From Candidatus Poribacteria bacterium (lineage in GTDB: Bacteria > Poribacteria > WGA-4E > WGA-3G), in the NCBI GenBank assembly GCA_965205015.1, contig OZ242029.1:1664001-1728000 (forward strand): DNA of 64,000 nucleotides, in the 5' to 3' direction. This document shows, piece by piece, positions 18,396 through 28,827 of this stretch; position 1 is the stretch's first letter; every line of letters begins with the position of its first letter. Under the pieces are notes generated by a model that ran no database searches, was not told the origin of the DNA, and worked only from the letters and a program-made list of their open reading frames with translations. Position numbers and translations under genes: made by a program.

Positions 18396-20561
18396 TTGGA
18401 CGGAATTATACATCCTAATGTAGAGCAGGTCTGCCGGAAGTACATCTACAAAGATGGGGCATCAGCGGAAATCGCTACTCTCGTTCATGAAAATCCTATT
18501 TCGACTGAAGACCTTGATACCCGTGTGCTGACTTACCTAATGGAAAATAGTCCTTACGCGCGTCACTGGGATACTATAGCTGCGCGTCTAAGAGTGGGCG
18601 ATATTTACACCCAAAAAGCTTTTAACACCCTTGACGCGCCAGCACAGCAGTGTTTACGCTTACGCGCCCTTAATGGTTGTTCTATACCCGAAATTGCCTC
18701 AACGTGTCGGCTGACCCCGCAAAAAGTTCATGCAGTACTGAGAGCGGCGCGATACAATTTCTGGAAAGCGTTTGTTATCTCCGAGGCGCGTGTTCTCCAC
18801 AAATGTCGCCAGTTCGTCTATTCTGATACCGATGCGATGGAGGCTGCGATCGCCAGCTGCTCCCACAGTTGTTCAATTTCCAAGACAGACGTGCTCGCCT
18901 ACTTAGACACCACGCCGGTATCTTGGGAGAATTGGGATACCTTGGCAATTGACTTCAAGGCATTGGACGCTGGAACCGCAGCGCGTGATGTCCAAGAAAT
19001 TTTCGAGACGCTTGAAGCCTCCGAGAAAGCCCTCCTCCGTTTGCGAGTCGTCGATGGACACACCATTGCGACAATCGCGAGGACGCGTGACGAGACAAAA
19101 GCGCATGTCGAAGCGTCCTTAATAACCTATCGGACAAAGTTTTGGAGGACACTCGTTGAAACAGATTGCGTCGTCCTGCGCGAATGCAGACGCTTAATTC
19201 ATGATGATAGAGACGCTGAAGAAATCGCGGTCGCTATCCAGAAGCGTGGCGTACCTGTCGAAAACGTGCGTCGACACATATATGACTATCTGGTGGAACG
19301 TTGGGATACCACACCCGACTGGGACGATCCGGCGTTTATTAAAGTTGTCGAAGCCGTGGTTGACCCAACTGTTCCAAAGAGTGCTGGCTTTGAAGCCGCA
19401 AAGACAGCCTATAATCTGCTTGAATATCCAGAGCAAGACCTTTTGAAATTCAAAGGGGTCGAGGGTGTATCAGATGAAATAATTGCGCAAGTATCCATGG
19501 AACCTCTTAATCAGGTTAAAGAGAAAGCCGGTGCAGCAAAGGAGACGTTTTGGAAACTCTTCACGCGTGAACGGTGGTCCACGCTGGCGTACTTTATCGA
19601 AAAACTCTGTGAAGACGCTGATTCGTCTTCTACTGATATCCTCAAGGTTGAGGCGGAGTACCTCGCCGCTAAGGCGGCTTATAATTCACTGGATGAAATA
19701 GACAAAGAGGTCTTGAGACAGCGGTGTGTGCAAGGACTCTCTGTAGAAGAAATCGCCGCTAAACAGCGGGTCTTCCCTATTGAGGTTGCGGAAACTTTGA
19801 CGGAAGCTCGTAAAAAATTCTATCAAGAATTTTTAGCCGAAATCTATCGTCTCTGGGGGCTGAAGACACCCATTGAAATCGGAGGGGACGAGGATGATAT
19901 AAGTAACGCTTGGGAGACACTACAGGAACAACTTTACAAATTCGTTCCAGAGAATTTCCGCGGTTGGTTAACGACTGCTGCGCAACACTCAAAACTCGAT
20001 TCTAAGAAAAAAGATTACCACCGGAGACTTATTCCCAAAGACCATGGACTCACCTATATGAATCCTGAAGGCGAATTAGTCCCTGTCATATCCGTGCGTC
20101 CACTACAGGCAGATGAAGTGCTTGAAAGAGAAGAATCGGAAAAAAAAGAGTTAAAGTTTTGGGAGAATGAAAGGGAACGCTGGCATGAATTGCTAACAAG
20201 GACCACCGAAGCAATTTTAGGGTCTAAAAAGCCGGAAAAAAAGTTATATCTTTTGATGAATTACATTCTCCAACCGAAACTCAACGAGCTCAGGGGCGCC
20301 GAAACCCGCGTGCCTCACGAGTTTCAGAAGCCCGGCGAGGCGATGGCGGTATCCCACGTCGATCACCAATATCAATCCGAAGTCACGCAGACATGGATCG
20401 GTGAACCCATAGATGCAACGGATAGGAGCATCCGCCGCTACGTTGGCGAAATCATATCCCTTGTGGAGGCGTCTGCAGAAGAGGTTGGCATAGAAGGAAC
20501 AGAACTTGTTGCAGGTTGTGCCCCTATAAAAGAATCGGATGTCAAGAAGAGACGGGATTAG
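18396..20561 (+). CDS. large multi-repeat sigma-factor-like protein (four region-4 HTH units, region-2-like segment, C-terminal HTH)
   Basis: Four L-x-x-x-[EQ]-x-x-LL-x-L-R-x-x-x-G-x-[ST]-x-x-x-IA-type repeats, FRGWLTTAAQH, TQTWIGEPIDATDRSIRRY. TTG start after AGGAG. Confidence 0.7.
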   Translation: MDGIIHPNVEQVCRKYIYKDGASAEIATLVHENPISTEDLDTRVLTYLMENSPYARHWDTIAARLRVGDIYTQKAFNTLDAPAQQCLRLRALNGCSIPEIASTCRLTPQKVHAVLRAARYNFWKAFVISEARVLHKCRQFVYSDTDAMEAAIASCSHSCSISKTDVLAYLDTTPVSWENWDTLAIDFKALDAGTAARDVQEIFETLEASEKALLRLRVVDGHTIATIARTRDETKAHVEASLITYRTKFWRTLVETDCVVLRECRRLIHDDRDAEEIAVAIQKRGVPVENVRRHIYDYLVERWDTTPDWDDPAFIKVVEAVVDPTVPKSAGFEAAKTAYNLLEYPEQDLLKFKGVEGVSDEIIAQVSMEPLNQVKEKAGAAKETFWKLFTRERWSTLAYFIEKLCEDADSSSTDILKVEAEYLAAKAAYNSLDEIDKEVLRQRCVQGLSVEEIAAKQRVFPIEVAETLTEARKKFYQEFLAEIYRLWGLKTPIEIGGDEDDISNAWETLQEQLYKFVPENFRGWLTTAAQHSKLDSKKKDYHRRLIPKDHGLTYMNPEGELVPVISVRPLQADEVLEREESEKKELKFWENERERWHELLTRTTEAILGSKKPEKKLYLLMNYILQPKLNELRGAETRVPHEFQKPGEAMAVSHVDHQYQSEVTQTWIGEPIDATDRSIRRYVGEIISLVEASAEEVGIEGTELVAGCAPIKESDVKKRRD

Positions 20562-20621
20562 ATGGCGGGGAATCAGGGGTATCAAGTTGTAGACCTCTGG
20601 GATCCGCTACAAGATTTCCTG

Positions 20622-20654
20622 TTTTGTCCGATTGGTACCCAGTTATCTCTTAAG
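20622..20654 (+). promoter_or_regulatory. putative alternative-sigma promoter TTTTGTCCG-N18-CTTAAG
   Basis: Same motif and spacing at 22872 and 46119 (+) and at 40338, 59681 and, weakly, 39268 (-). Confidence 0.55.
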
Positions 20655-20744
20655 TGTTTTAGGAAAGGGCAGTTTGAAAACTAATATCTAACGTGCGTGA
20701 AATTCACGCCACTGATAAATATCTAACGAAACAAGGAGAGACTC

Positions 20745-21353
20745 ATGTCGATTACGAAGTTGCAAAATGGCGGCGTCGAGTATAAAATCCGAGTGAAGTC
20801 TGGGGATTTAGCAGCCAAAGGTGAAGGGATGATGAGGATTGTGCCTGCGACTGATGGGCAATTCTCGGTCAACGTGTTATTCCCCAATGAAACGGGTACG
20901 CTGCAGCCTTTAGATTTAACCGCCGTGGAACGTGTCGCATTGGTGGAGAGAAAAATTGGCTGGTTTGGCAAGAACCAATGGGTAAAACCTCTGGTGATCA
21001 CAGCAGGTAATTTCATCGGGGTTCCGCTCGTACTTGACGCGCTTGTAGGTGGTATCCAAACTGCTGGTGAAGCAATTCAGATGCTTGCCGGGGGAACTTT
21101 TATGGCTACTACCTATGGTACTGGGGTTTACACAGGGACGAGACTCACGCGCTTGGCAAGATTCATTCTCACAACCGAAGATGAGAAGCATGCCGTTTTG
21201 GAAGGTTCTGAGAACGCTTTCTGTTTTCTGGATGGTGTGTATACGGCGCCGAACATTCAATTGGAAGAGGTAGCATCTGAAATCCCGGAGGCGCCGGCAG
21301 CAGATGAAGCCTCTGAGGCACCGGCAGCCGATCCTACACCGGCACCGGCTTAA
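20745..21353 (+). CDS. membrane-hairpin protein (family member 1)
   Basis: AGGAG RBS, beta-rich flanks around a Gly-rich hydrophobic hairpin, Pro/Ala tail. Paralogues at 22994 and 46292. Confidence 0.8.
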   Translation: MSITKLQNGGVEYKIRVKSGDLAAKGEGMMRIVPATDGQFSVNVLFPNETGTLQPLDLTAVERVALVERKIGWFGKNQWVKPLVITAGNFIGVPLVLDALVGGIQTAGEAIQMLAGGTFMATTYGTGVYTGTRLTRLARFILTTEDEKHAVLEGSENAFCFLDGVYTAPNIQLEEVASEIPEAPAADEASEAPAADPTPAPA

Positions 21354-21365
21354 GGGACAGAATCT

Positions 21366-21392
21366 ACGAGTGGGGCTTCCCGCCTCACTCGT
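21366..21392 (+). terminator. conserved stem-loop after the hairpin-protein gene
   Basis: acgagtggggc-ttccc-gcctcactcgt, identical at 23588 and 46874. Confidence 0.55.
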
Positions 21393-21413
21393 TGGCTTTG
21401 GAAGGAATCAAAA

Positions 21414-21878
21414 ATGCGTCTCTTTAAAGAGCCGAACTTTCCGCTCGATGTACTTAAAGGCACAGCCGCACCTCTCGGCACGGGACACGCCTTCTGTATC
21501 CGAGAGGACCCGAATATTGGGCTCCACGGCTGGTTCAAATTTGTGAGCAACAGTCAGAGGCAACAGTTGGCACTGACAGACGTATCCCGACTTGAGATGT
21601 CTCGGGGTATGTTGGAGGTAAATCCTCGAAAATGGGCGGCACCTACAGCGGTTGCAGCGCTGAGTCTTTTCACCCCATTACCTGCGTTTCTGGAATTCGT
21701 TGGAATTGCAGTTGCAGCGGTGTCCAGTGGTTTCACGAAAACGCGTGTGCGTTTCGTCTGTGAGACAGTCGGGGGTGATCATTTTACGGGGAGTCTTTCT
21801 CTAACGGGTTTCGTTGCAGCGAGAACCTTGTGGCAGAAACAGGGAGAATCTCGGTTAAACCCGATGTTCCTAAATTAA
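21414..21878 (+). CDS. membrane-hairpin protein (divergent)
   Basis: LALTDVSRLE, hydrophobic hairpin, RVRFVCETVGGDHFTG. Confidence 0.7.
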   Translation: MRLFKEPNFPLDVLKGTAAPLGTGHAFCIREDPNIGLHGWFKFVSNSQRQQLALTDVSRLEMSRGMLEVNPRKWAAPTAVAALSLFTPLPAFLEFVGIAVAAVSSGFTKTRVRFVCETVGGDHFTGSLSLTGFVAARTLWQKQGESRLNPMFLN

Positions 21879-22026
21879 CTATAGTTTGGACAGTTGTAGC
21901 ATAGGAGACCGTTGGTCTCCTGTGCATCACTATCCCCGATTTTTGTGAGAGTGCCTCGCGGAAATGCAACTGAAAAAAAATAAACTCGGAAACGGAAGCG
22001 AGGGTTCCTCCAGATGGAGGCGAACG

Positions 22027-22476
22027 ATGGAAAAGACACAGCAATCCACACAAGAGTTCCGCGTGAAGGTTATCCATGGAAATTACCAAAAAGGGCGGAG
22101 ACACTGGTTTCGCGTGACGGTTCTCTCCGAGGATAAAATCCACGGGCGTTTTGAGATGAAAACGGAGAAAGGGGACTCGGAAACCCTTGAAATGGAGGCG
22201 ATCGTCAGGTTTGAACAGACCACGAGCGGCAAATTCAGGGTAGGCGACTGGATGATGCACTACTTGCTGCCGCATTCGGTGTCAATGTTAGCGGCGAGTG
22301 CCTCTCTGGTTGATTTACAAGGCATGGAGCTGGCATCACGAAATGTCCGGTTTGTGTGTGCCACAGAGAATAAGTATTTCTGTGGGGAGATAGCACGAAA
22401 CGGTTTCCGTTTAGCACAAGCGTTGATCCAGCAGACAGAACAGGCAGATGCGGTAAAGTCAGGGAATTTCTGCTGA
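22027..22476 (+). CDS. hairpin-family protein (divergent)
   Basis: GGAGG before MEKTQ. FRVKVIHG, EAIVRFE, VRFVCATENKYFCG. Confidence 0.6.
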   Translation: MEKTQQSTQEFRVKVIHGNYQKGRRHWFRVTVLSEDKIHGRFEMKTEKGDSETLEMEAIVRFEQTTSGKFRVGDWMMHYLLPHSVSMLAASASLVDLQGMELASRNVRFVCATENKYFCGEIARNGFRLAQALIQQTEQADAVKSGNFC

Positions 22477-22482
22477 CTTGTT

Positions 22483-22806
22483 CTATGCCTCACCGGTTTC
22501 ATCTCGGACACATCGAAAGCCGAGCGACATGTTCGTTAACATTCTTGTGTTCCCATTTCGTTGAAAAACACGTAACGTTTGGTACCAATCTGCGTAGCTT
22601 CCACCTCGGGACACTGCGTGGCTCCGCGGATTGATGCCTTCAAAGTTCTCTACTATCCATTGAAGGTTCTGCTTTGTCGCGACCGGATTTTTAAAAGGTG
22701 AGTTCTCATAGAAGTAGGGTTCGTAGTCATCAAGGCACCCCTCCCATCTGAACGTGCGATGAATCGCACTACTATGAACTGGCCCGCTTGTAGTGGGGCA
22801 ATTCAT
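22483..22806 (-). pseudogene. FGE-sulfatase (SUMF1) domain C-terminal fragment
   Basis: WEGCLDDY...SPFKNP...RGGSY...GFRCVR, with no N-terminal part of the domain. Confidence 0.6.
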
Positions 22807-22871
22807 GGTTCTCCCGTCGATTACCGAAATATTTTCTGAAACTTCATTGAGGTCTGCTACGAGATTTACCG

Positions 22872-22904
22872 TTTTGTCCGATTGGTACCCGGTTATCTCT
22901 TAAG
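22872..22904 (+). promoter_or_regulatory. putative promoter, copy 2
   Basis: ttttgtccg-N18-cttaag. Confidence 0.5.
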
Positions 22905-22993
22905 TGTTTAAGAAAAGTCAGTTTGAAAACTGATATCTAACGTGCGTGGACTACACGCCACTGAGAAATATCTAACGAAACAAGGAGAAACTC

Positions 22994-23575
22994 ATGTCGA
23001 TTACGAAGTTGAAAAATGGAGGTGTCGAGTATAAAATCCGAGTGAAGTCTGGGGATTTAGCAGCCAAAGGTGAAGGGATGATGCGGATTGTGCCTATGAC
23101 TGATGGGCAATTCTCGGTCAACATGTTATTCCCCAGTGAAACGGGTACGCTGCAGCCTTTGGATTTAACCGCCGTGGAACGTGTCGAATTAGTGAAGAGA
23201 AAAATTGGCTGGTTTGGCAAGAACCAATGGGTTAAACCGCTCGTCGTTACAGCGGGGAATTTCATCGGGATGTACATCGCGGCGCCGTTCGTAATTGGCG
23301 CATTCAGTGCTCACATAGCTGAAGCAGCAATGCTCGTCGGGGGTACTTTCGTTGCGACAACTTATGGTGCTGGCGTGTATACTGGCTCGAAACTCAATCG
23401 CTTGGCAAGATTCATTCTCACAACCGAAGATGAGAAGCATGCCGTTTTGGAAGGTTCTGAGAACGCTTTCTGTTTTCTGGATGGTGTGTATACGGCGCCG
23501 AACATTCAATTGAAAGAGATAGTCCCTGAAACCTCTGAGGAACCGGCAGCCGATCCTGCACCGGCACCGGCTTAA
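22994..23575 (+). CDS. membrane-hairpin protein, recent duplicate of 20745
   Basis: Near-identical flanks, divergent hydrophobic hairpin. Confidence 0.8.
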   Translation: MSITKLKNGGVEYKIRVKSGDLAAKGEGMMRIVPMTDGQFSVNMLFPSETGTLQPLDLTAVERVELVKRKIGWFGKNQWVKPLVVTAGNFIGMYIAAPFVIGAFSAHIAEAAMLVGGTFVATTYGAGVYTGSKLNRLARFILTTEDEKHAVLEGSENAFCFLDGVYTAPNIQLKEIVPETSEEPAADPAPAPA

Positions 23576-23896
23576 GGGACAGAATCTACGAGTGGGGCTT
23601 CCCGCCTCACTCGTTGGCTTTGGAAGGAATCAAAACAATGCGTCTCTTTGAAATTCTGCGAATTTTAGAAAAATTGCGTTCAACAAGATCAAACACGGAT
23701 TCGACAGAGGCACCCGCAGTTCAGTCGCACCCCTCGTCTACCGAAGGCACGGAGCGTGAAGCAGAGGGGTAGGTTACGGTGCGGTGAGGGACCCGGACGG
23801 CAATCTGCGAACTTTTACCGGCGGTTCGTTAGCGGTCCTAGAGTTTGGACAGTTGTGAAACTTTGAGAATCTTCATAGGAGAAAGGAACTTTACAG

Positions 23897-26398
23897 ATGA
23901 ACACCCAATCCCACGAGGGACACACCCCCGATACTTCCATTGATCTGCGAACCGGACGCGTTGAGGAAACGATACTTGAAAATCCGGAACTCGTCCAAGC
24001 AATTGAGAGCCACCTGCCCGAGACGGTCCCTTCCCAAATTGACCGTTTCATCCAGCAGTACCTCCGATTAGAACATCTGAAAGCGTTCTTGGCGGCGACT
24101 CCGACTGCCAAGGAGGGTTTTGAAGCCTTACTTGATAAAGCCACGCGTGCCCTCTCATATCAACGTCCGTATCGGATCGCCTTGGTTGGCCGGACGGGTG
24201 TTGGGAAAACGCAAGTGCTGAATACCTTGGTCGGTAGAGAACTCTTAGCCAGTCAGCAGGGACAACCCGTGACCGGCGCTATTACGGAGATTTTCCAAGA
24301 CGCTTCTGAAGGCGAAGAGCGGGCAGTGATCCAGTACAGAGATATGGGAAATATCCGCAGACTCATCCAACAGGAACTCATTGAGCGGTTTGGGTTAACC
24401 AACGCGGATTTAGGGATGCCAGATGAACTGAGTGAAGAATTTGCTACGACGCTTCGAGAGATAGAACCCCCTTTGGGCAATGATCCCGAACGCTTTAAAA
24501 ATGTGCAAACCGCACTTGCAAATGTGATTGATCAGTATCTTCGTTTCAAAGATGCGGATGTGCCGACAGAATTCTCCTTGGCAGATAAGGATGCGTGTGC
24601 GGAACTTAATTCATTGATTACCGAGAACAGCGAACGGAATCAGGATGAAAACACTCGGATAGTCGGGTTAGTCCACTCGGTTGCTTATTACATTCACGGC
24701 GACGTTCATCAGGAAATCGTGCCGGAACTGCAGCTGCCACGGAACACCTGCCTTGTTGATCTGCCCGGTATTTCAGGGGCACCCTTGCACGACATCATTA
24801 TCACTGAAGGAATTCAGGACGCCGATGCCGTGGTGTTCATCGTGAATCCGAAGCGGGTGGGTCAATCAGATGAAAAGGCATTGGTCGGTCGGATTCGAGA
24901 GGCTATCAGTCTGAATGGCGAGCTGGATGCTGCAGAACAGATTTTCCTTGTTCTCAATGCGATTGATGAAAGTGCTGTTGACCCGGAACGCATGGATAGG
25001 GCACCGATGCTGGAGCTTGCGCGTGAATTGTACGTCGACGCTGGAAAAATGCCGAACCGAGATGGCGATGTCCCGTATTTTGAGTTGTCTGCGTTGGCGG
25101 CATCTTTGGCGCGGGTCCAGTTGCAAGGCGGCACGCTTAGCGACCCACGCAAATATGCGGCTATCGTTCAAACCCTCGCCCCCGATGCGGTCCTCGAACG
25201 CGCGGGGACGGACGCTGAGATTGACCATCGAGCGGTGTTGGCAGGGAGTGGCATCTCAAAATTGGTCACAGCCCTGAACGATTTTGCTGGCACACGCGTT
25301 GCGAAACAGATTCAGACTGCCAACGAGGCGATAACAAAGATTGTGAACCGCCTTATCAGTCAGTATCAGATGCAAGTCGCCTCAAAGTCTTCAAAAATCA
25401 GTGGAGACTTTGAGAGTCGCGATGAGGAGAAGCTCGTTCAACGGTGCCGCGAACTTGAAGATTTACTCTTAACCTTTCGGAATACACAACTGAGGAATAA
25501 GGCAGATTTGACGAGCGAGTTACGCAATCAAGCCAATACACTGTGCGACGGTGTTGACGCAGCCGTCCGGGAACAACTGCCGCATCTGTGGAAAAAAAAT
25601 GTTGCCCGGGATACAGACGTCGTCCGTGCGGTGTCGTCTTATACGGTTCAAGCGCGACAGTTGGTTTCGGAGGTTGAGGCGATGGTCTGGTCGGAGTTGA
25701 CCTTCCGACTGAAGTATCTTGCCACCTCGCTTGTGGATCATTATGAGACTGTGTTTGCAGCGGATGCGATGCAAAAGCAGTTGATTGACGGGAGTTACGG
25801 GCATCCTTTGGCGATGGAAGCGTTTGGAGACACCGCGATCGCGGCACTTTCCTCAGAGATGCGGCGCGGTTTGGAAGAGTTCAGTGAGCGGTTAATCGTG
25901 GCGTTTATTCCGGAGCCAGCGTTCCGTTTCATTTCACCAGGGCAAGACGCAAGGCTCAAGACGAAATCTGCACGCGGGAACCTGAGCGGTTTACCGAGAC
26001 TCCCGAAAGCACTGACCCCCATAAATGGACACAAAAACGGAGGAAAGGTTTTAGCTACCTCTGATGACTTGATGGCAATAGTGGCGCGGATTCCACCGAC
26101 ACCTTATGTCGAACCGAGCGTTTTTGACCCGTTTGTTCAAGCGGTGCGTGAACGTTATGCGTCTGTGGTGCTGGTTAACGGCGTAAACGCACTCGTCAAT
26201 GTGTATGAATACGAGATGTTGAAAGCCGAGCGATCCCTCCATACGAACATTGAGAAGTTATTCCGGCAGTTCCGGGATACGCGACTTTCGGATCCGGCGT
26301 TGTTTGAGCGTATGTTGAGAGATACAACCGATCTGACGGCGCGTCAGGAGATTAACGATCTGAATATGAAAATTGCTGAACTCTCTGAAATACAGTAA
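23897..26398 (+). CDS. dynamin-like GTPase
   Basis: G1 GRTGVGKT, G2 PVTG, G3 DLPG, G4 LNAID, long helical stalk. Confidence 0.85.
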   Translation: MNTQSHEGHTPDTSIDLRTGRVEETILENPELVQAIESHLPETVPSQIDRFIQQYLRLEHLKAFLAATPTAKEGFEALLDKATRALSYQRPYRIALVGRTGVGKTQVLNTLVGRELLASQQGQPVTGAITEIFQDASEGEERAVIQYRDMGNIRRLIQQELIERFGLTNADLGMPDELSEEFATTLREIEPPLGNDPERFKNVQTALANVIDQYLRFKDADVPTEFSLADKDACAELNSLITENSERNQDENTRIVGLVHSVAYYIHGDVHQEIVPELQLPRNTCLVDLPGISGAPLHDIIITEGIQDADAVVFIVNPKRVGQSDEKALVGRIREAISLNGELDAAEQIFLVLNAIDESAVDPERMDRAPMLELARELYVDAGKMPNRDGDVPYFELSALAASLARVQLQGGTLSDPRKYAAIVQTLAPDAVLERAGTDAEIDHRAVLAGSGISKLVTALNDFAGTRVAKQIQTANEAITKIVNRLISQYQMQVASKSSKISGDFESRDEEKLVQRCRELEDLLLTFRNTQLRNKADLTSELRNQANTLCDGVDAAVREQLPHLWKKNVARDTDVVRAVSSYTVQARQLVSEVEAMVWSELTFRLKYLATSLVDHYETVFAADAMQKQLIDGSYGHPLAMEAFGDTAIAALSSEMRRGLEEFSERLIVAFIPEPAFRFISPGQDARLKTKSARGNLSGLPRLPKALTPINGHKNGGKVLATSDDLMAIVARIPPTPYVEPSVFDPFVQAVRERYASVVLVNGVNALVNVYEYEMLKAERSLHTNIEKLFRQFRDTRLSDPALFERMLRDTTDLTARQEINDLNMKIAELSEIQ

Positions 26399-26482
26399 CA
26401 TTGGGGCGGTGCCATCTGCCCTTAATACCCAATTTTATCAATGATAGGACTTACGCAAATTTAGCAAATACCGGGCTTATGG

Positions 26483-28804
26483 CTACAAAAAATAGCCGAG
26501 GTCCTGAATGAATGTCCGATTTGTTGCAGCAAATGCAAGGTATTGCGGGGACATGCTTAGAGAAGTGATTGCCTCATTATTAATCATCTCAGCTGGTATC
26601 TCCAGCAAATCATACTTCTTAATTCCTCGAAATTTTGTTTCCGCGAACAACTTTCGCCAATGGGGTTTCCAGTATAGACGCTTATTGAGAAAAACTGCGC
26701 GCATAAAAGAGGAATCTATAGTCATGCGACATAATTTTCTATCTTTTGTGGCTACTATAAAATGGTTGAAATCAAAATACGGCCTATCAATGTCATCTGC
26801 CAGGTCATTTGTAATGATAGAAGTAAATTCATCACGCAATTTCCAACTATAATGCGGATGTTCCGTGGTTCCAATCCGCCACATTTTAAATAGGTTATCC
26901 GTATCTTTTGATAACCAGAACTTCCCGAAGTGGCCGTGCTTGATAAAACCTACCCAAGTAACAGGGGCCGAATGTCGCCTCCAAACAGACTCTTCTTTAT
27001 CAACCCATGGTAGGTGAAGTTGGACTGTTCCATCTTGCCCCGCAGAGGCGATGTGTCCACCATCGGACGACCATGAGACCCAATTAACCCATCCTTTATG
27101 TCTGCTAAGTGTTTGCTTATTTTTTTTCTCAACTACGTCCCACAATTTAATGGTCTTGTCCCGACTACCCGAGACGAGAAACGGGCCGTCGGGGGCAAAC
27201 GCAATAGAGGTAATAAAGTCAGTGTGCTCCGTGAGTTCAGCGGATCTCCGAGTTTTTAGTTCATGCAATTGGATAGAGTTTTCCGCCGCTACGGCTAAGA
27301 ACATGCTGTCGCTGGAAAAAGCAACGGAAGTGACCGCATACCCAGCATCCAAGACATACGCAGCATCGACAAACGGACCCTCCAAAAGGACAGGTTTCCG
27401 CGTTCTCTTCGCGGAAACATCTATCTCCGCGGAAACATCCCATAGATAGACAGTTGAACCTGTCACTGTCGCGAGGTGTTTGCTATCTGGAGAAATGGCA
27501 ACCGACGATACAGCGTTAGGGTGGTCAATGATTGCCTGCCCGCTTTCCGTGTACGTAACAGTAGGGTTGTCGGTTGTATCCTTCTTTTTCTTTCTGATCG
27601 AGGGGGTGTCATGCTTGTCCTCTTTTTTCTCGGTTGTGATCGAGGGGGTGTCATGCTTGTCCTCTTTTTTCTCGGTTGCGAGGATCTTCAGAGGGCCTCG
27701 CACGGGAGCGTATTCGGTCTCAGGCATGGATTCAAACACTGTAAGTCCGAAAGAATTTTCAAGGTGAATTTTCAAGCCTGGGAGCCTTGAACTACCCCCT
27801 ACCAAGTGGATTACCGGTTCTTCTCTGCCCTTATCCTTCAGTTCCGCTTTAATCCTTTCTATATGAGGCTTAACTGCCTCGCCTATACGCTCGACTTGTG
27901 TATCAATAATCGGCTGAATATCGTCTTTGGTCAATACGACTGTTTGTCCTCGGAGGACGGATATCTGGTGCCTTAAGCTGTCCCAACTTTCGGGATAATC
28001 ACAATATTCCTCTTTACAGCGGCGGACCTGCCTCCGGAAAAATATTCTGTCTGCCGCTACTTGGTTGCTATTGTTGCTTTTTCTTTTGACAACCTTAAGC
28101 AGCTCGGCGTCCACATCTCTGCCTCCGATTGTTTTGCAGTCTGTGATTTCTATATTGTAGGGATTGCTATCGTCCTCTGAACGGTGTAGATAACTAAAGT
28201 CTAATGTCCAGCCCCCGCAGTCCAGGATCACAATGTCATCCGTAGTTTTTGCGCCCATGGCTTGAAACATCTGTGCTGCTGCTAAAGGCTCCGCTACGAC
28301 CTCGATCGTCTCGAACCCTGCGTTCTTGGCACTTGTCATCAAAATTGCTATCTGATCAGAGTCATATCGTGGGGTATACGTGAGATAGACTGTAGTTGGC
28401 GGCTTCCTTCCAACAAAAACAGGATGCTTTCTTGCCTTTTCGCACAGTTCGGTAAGGAATACAGTCATTAGGTGTTCCGAGGGGTTTGTCTTGCTGGGAT
28501 CTACGCCGAGTAACTTAGAAAGTCGTTTTTGATACCTCCCCAAATCCCTTTTAAAATCCAGTATGGGATTCCATTTTCTTGAAGTTGTTTTAAGTTTCAA
28601 GTCGTGTTCAATGATACGTTCAGCTTCTTCACCTACAATTATCTTTCCGGAGTTCTTTTCACTGGCAAAAACACTCGGAGTGTAAGGCTTAGAGTTCTCT
28701 CCCCACGTCATGAGTTCTATTTGCTCTGTATTTGGATTATAGAACGCCATTTTCGTGCGTGTATGGCCGAAATCTATAGAAACTGCGTCGTTAATATCAG
28801 TCAT
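26483..28804 (-). CDS. Hsp70-family NBD fused to WD40 repeats
   Basis: SIDFGHT, EPLAAA, LDCGGWTLD, GGRDVD, LVGGSSRLP. WD40s such as EHTDFITSIAFAPDG...LVSGSRDKTIKLWD. Confidence 0.85.
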   Translation of the reverse strand: MTDINDAVSIDFGHTRTKMAFYNPNTEQIELMTWGENSKPYTPSVFASEKNSGKIIVGEEAERIIEHDLKLKTTSRKWNPILDFKRDLGRYQKRLSKLLGVDPSKTNPSEHLMTVFLTELCEKARKHPVFVGRKPPTTVYLTYTPRYDSDQIAILMTSAKNAGFETIEVVAEPLAAAQMFQAMGAKTTDDIVILDCGGWTLDFSYLHRSEDDSNPYNIEITDCKTIGGRDVDAELLKVVKRKSNNSNQVAADRIFFRRQVRRCKEEYCDYPESWDSLRHQISVLRGQTVVLTKDDIQPIIDTQVERIGEAVKPHIERIKAELKDKGREEPVIHLVGGSSRLPGLKIHLENSFGLTVFESMPETEYAPVRGPLKILATEKKEDKHDTPSITTEKKEDKHDTPSIRKKKKDTTDNPTVTYTESGQAIIDHPNAVSSVAISPDSKHLATVTGSTVYLWDVSAEIDVSAKRTRKPVLLEGPFVDAAYVLDAGYAVTSVAFSSDSMFLAVAAENSIQLHELKTRRSAELTEHTDFITSIAFAPDGPFLVSGSRDKTIKLWDVVEKKNKQTLSRHKGWVNWVSWSSDGGHIASAGQDGTVQLHLPWVDKEESVWRRHSAPVTWVGFIKHGHFGKFWLSKDTDNLFKMWRIGTTEHPHYSWKLRDEFTSIITNDLADDIDRPYFDFNHFIVATKDRKLCRMTIDSSFMRAVFLNKRLYWKPHWRKLFAETKFRGIKKYDLLEIPAEMINNEAITSLSMSPQYLAFAATNRTFIQDLGYFL
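27595..27678. repeat. 42-bp tandem duplication in the Hsp70-WD40 linker
   Basis: Two copies encoding TEKKEDKHDTPSI. Confidence 0.85.
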
Positions 28805-28827
28805 TTTGCATTTTCCCCTTGGATTCG

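Noticed and set aside
20745-23575. Diversity-generating retroelement as the source of hairpin variation
   Set aside because: No reverse transcriptase in the window, and the differences include indels and non-adenine changes
23638-23772. 44-codon ORF starting MRLF after the second hairpin-gene copy
   Set aside because: Only the first four codons match the 21414 gene. It is a duplication breakpoint, not a supported gene
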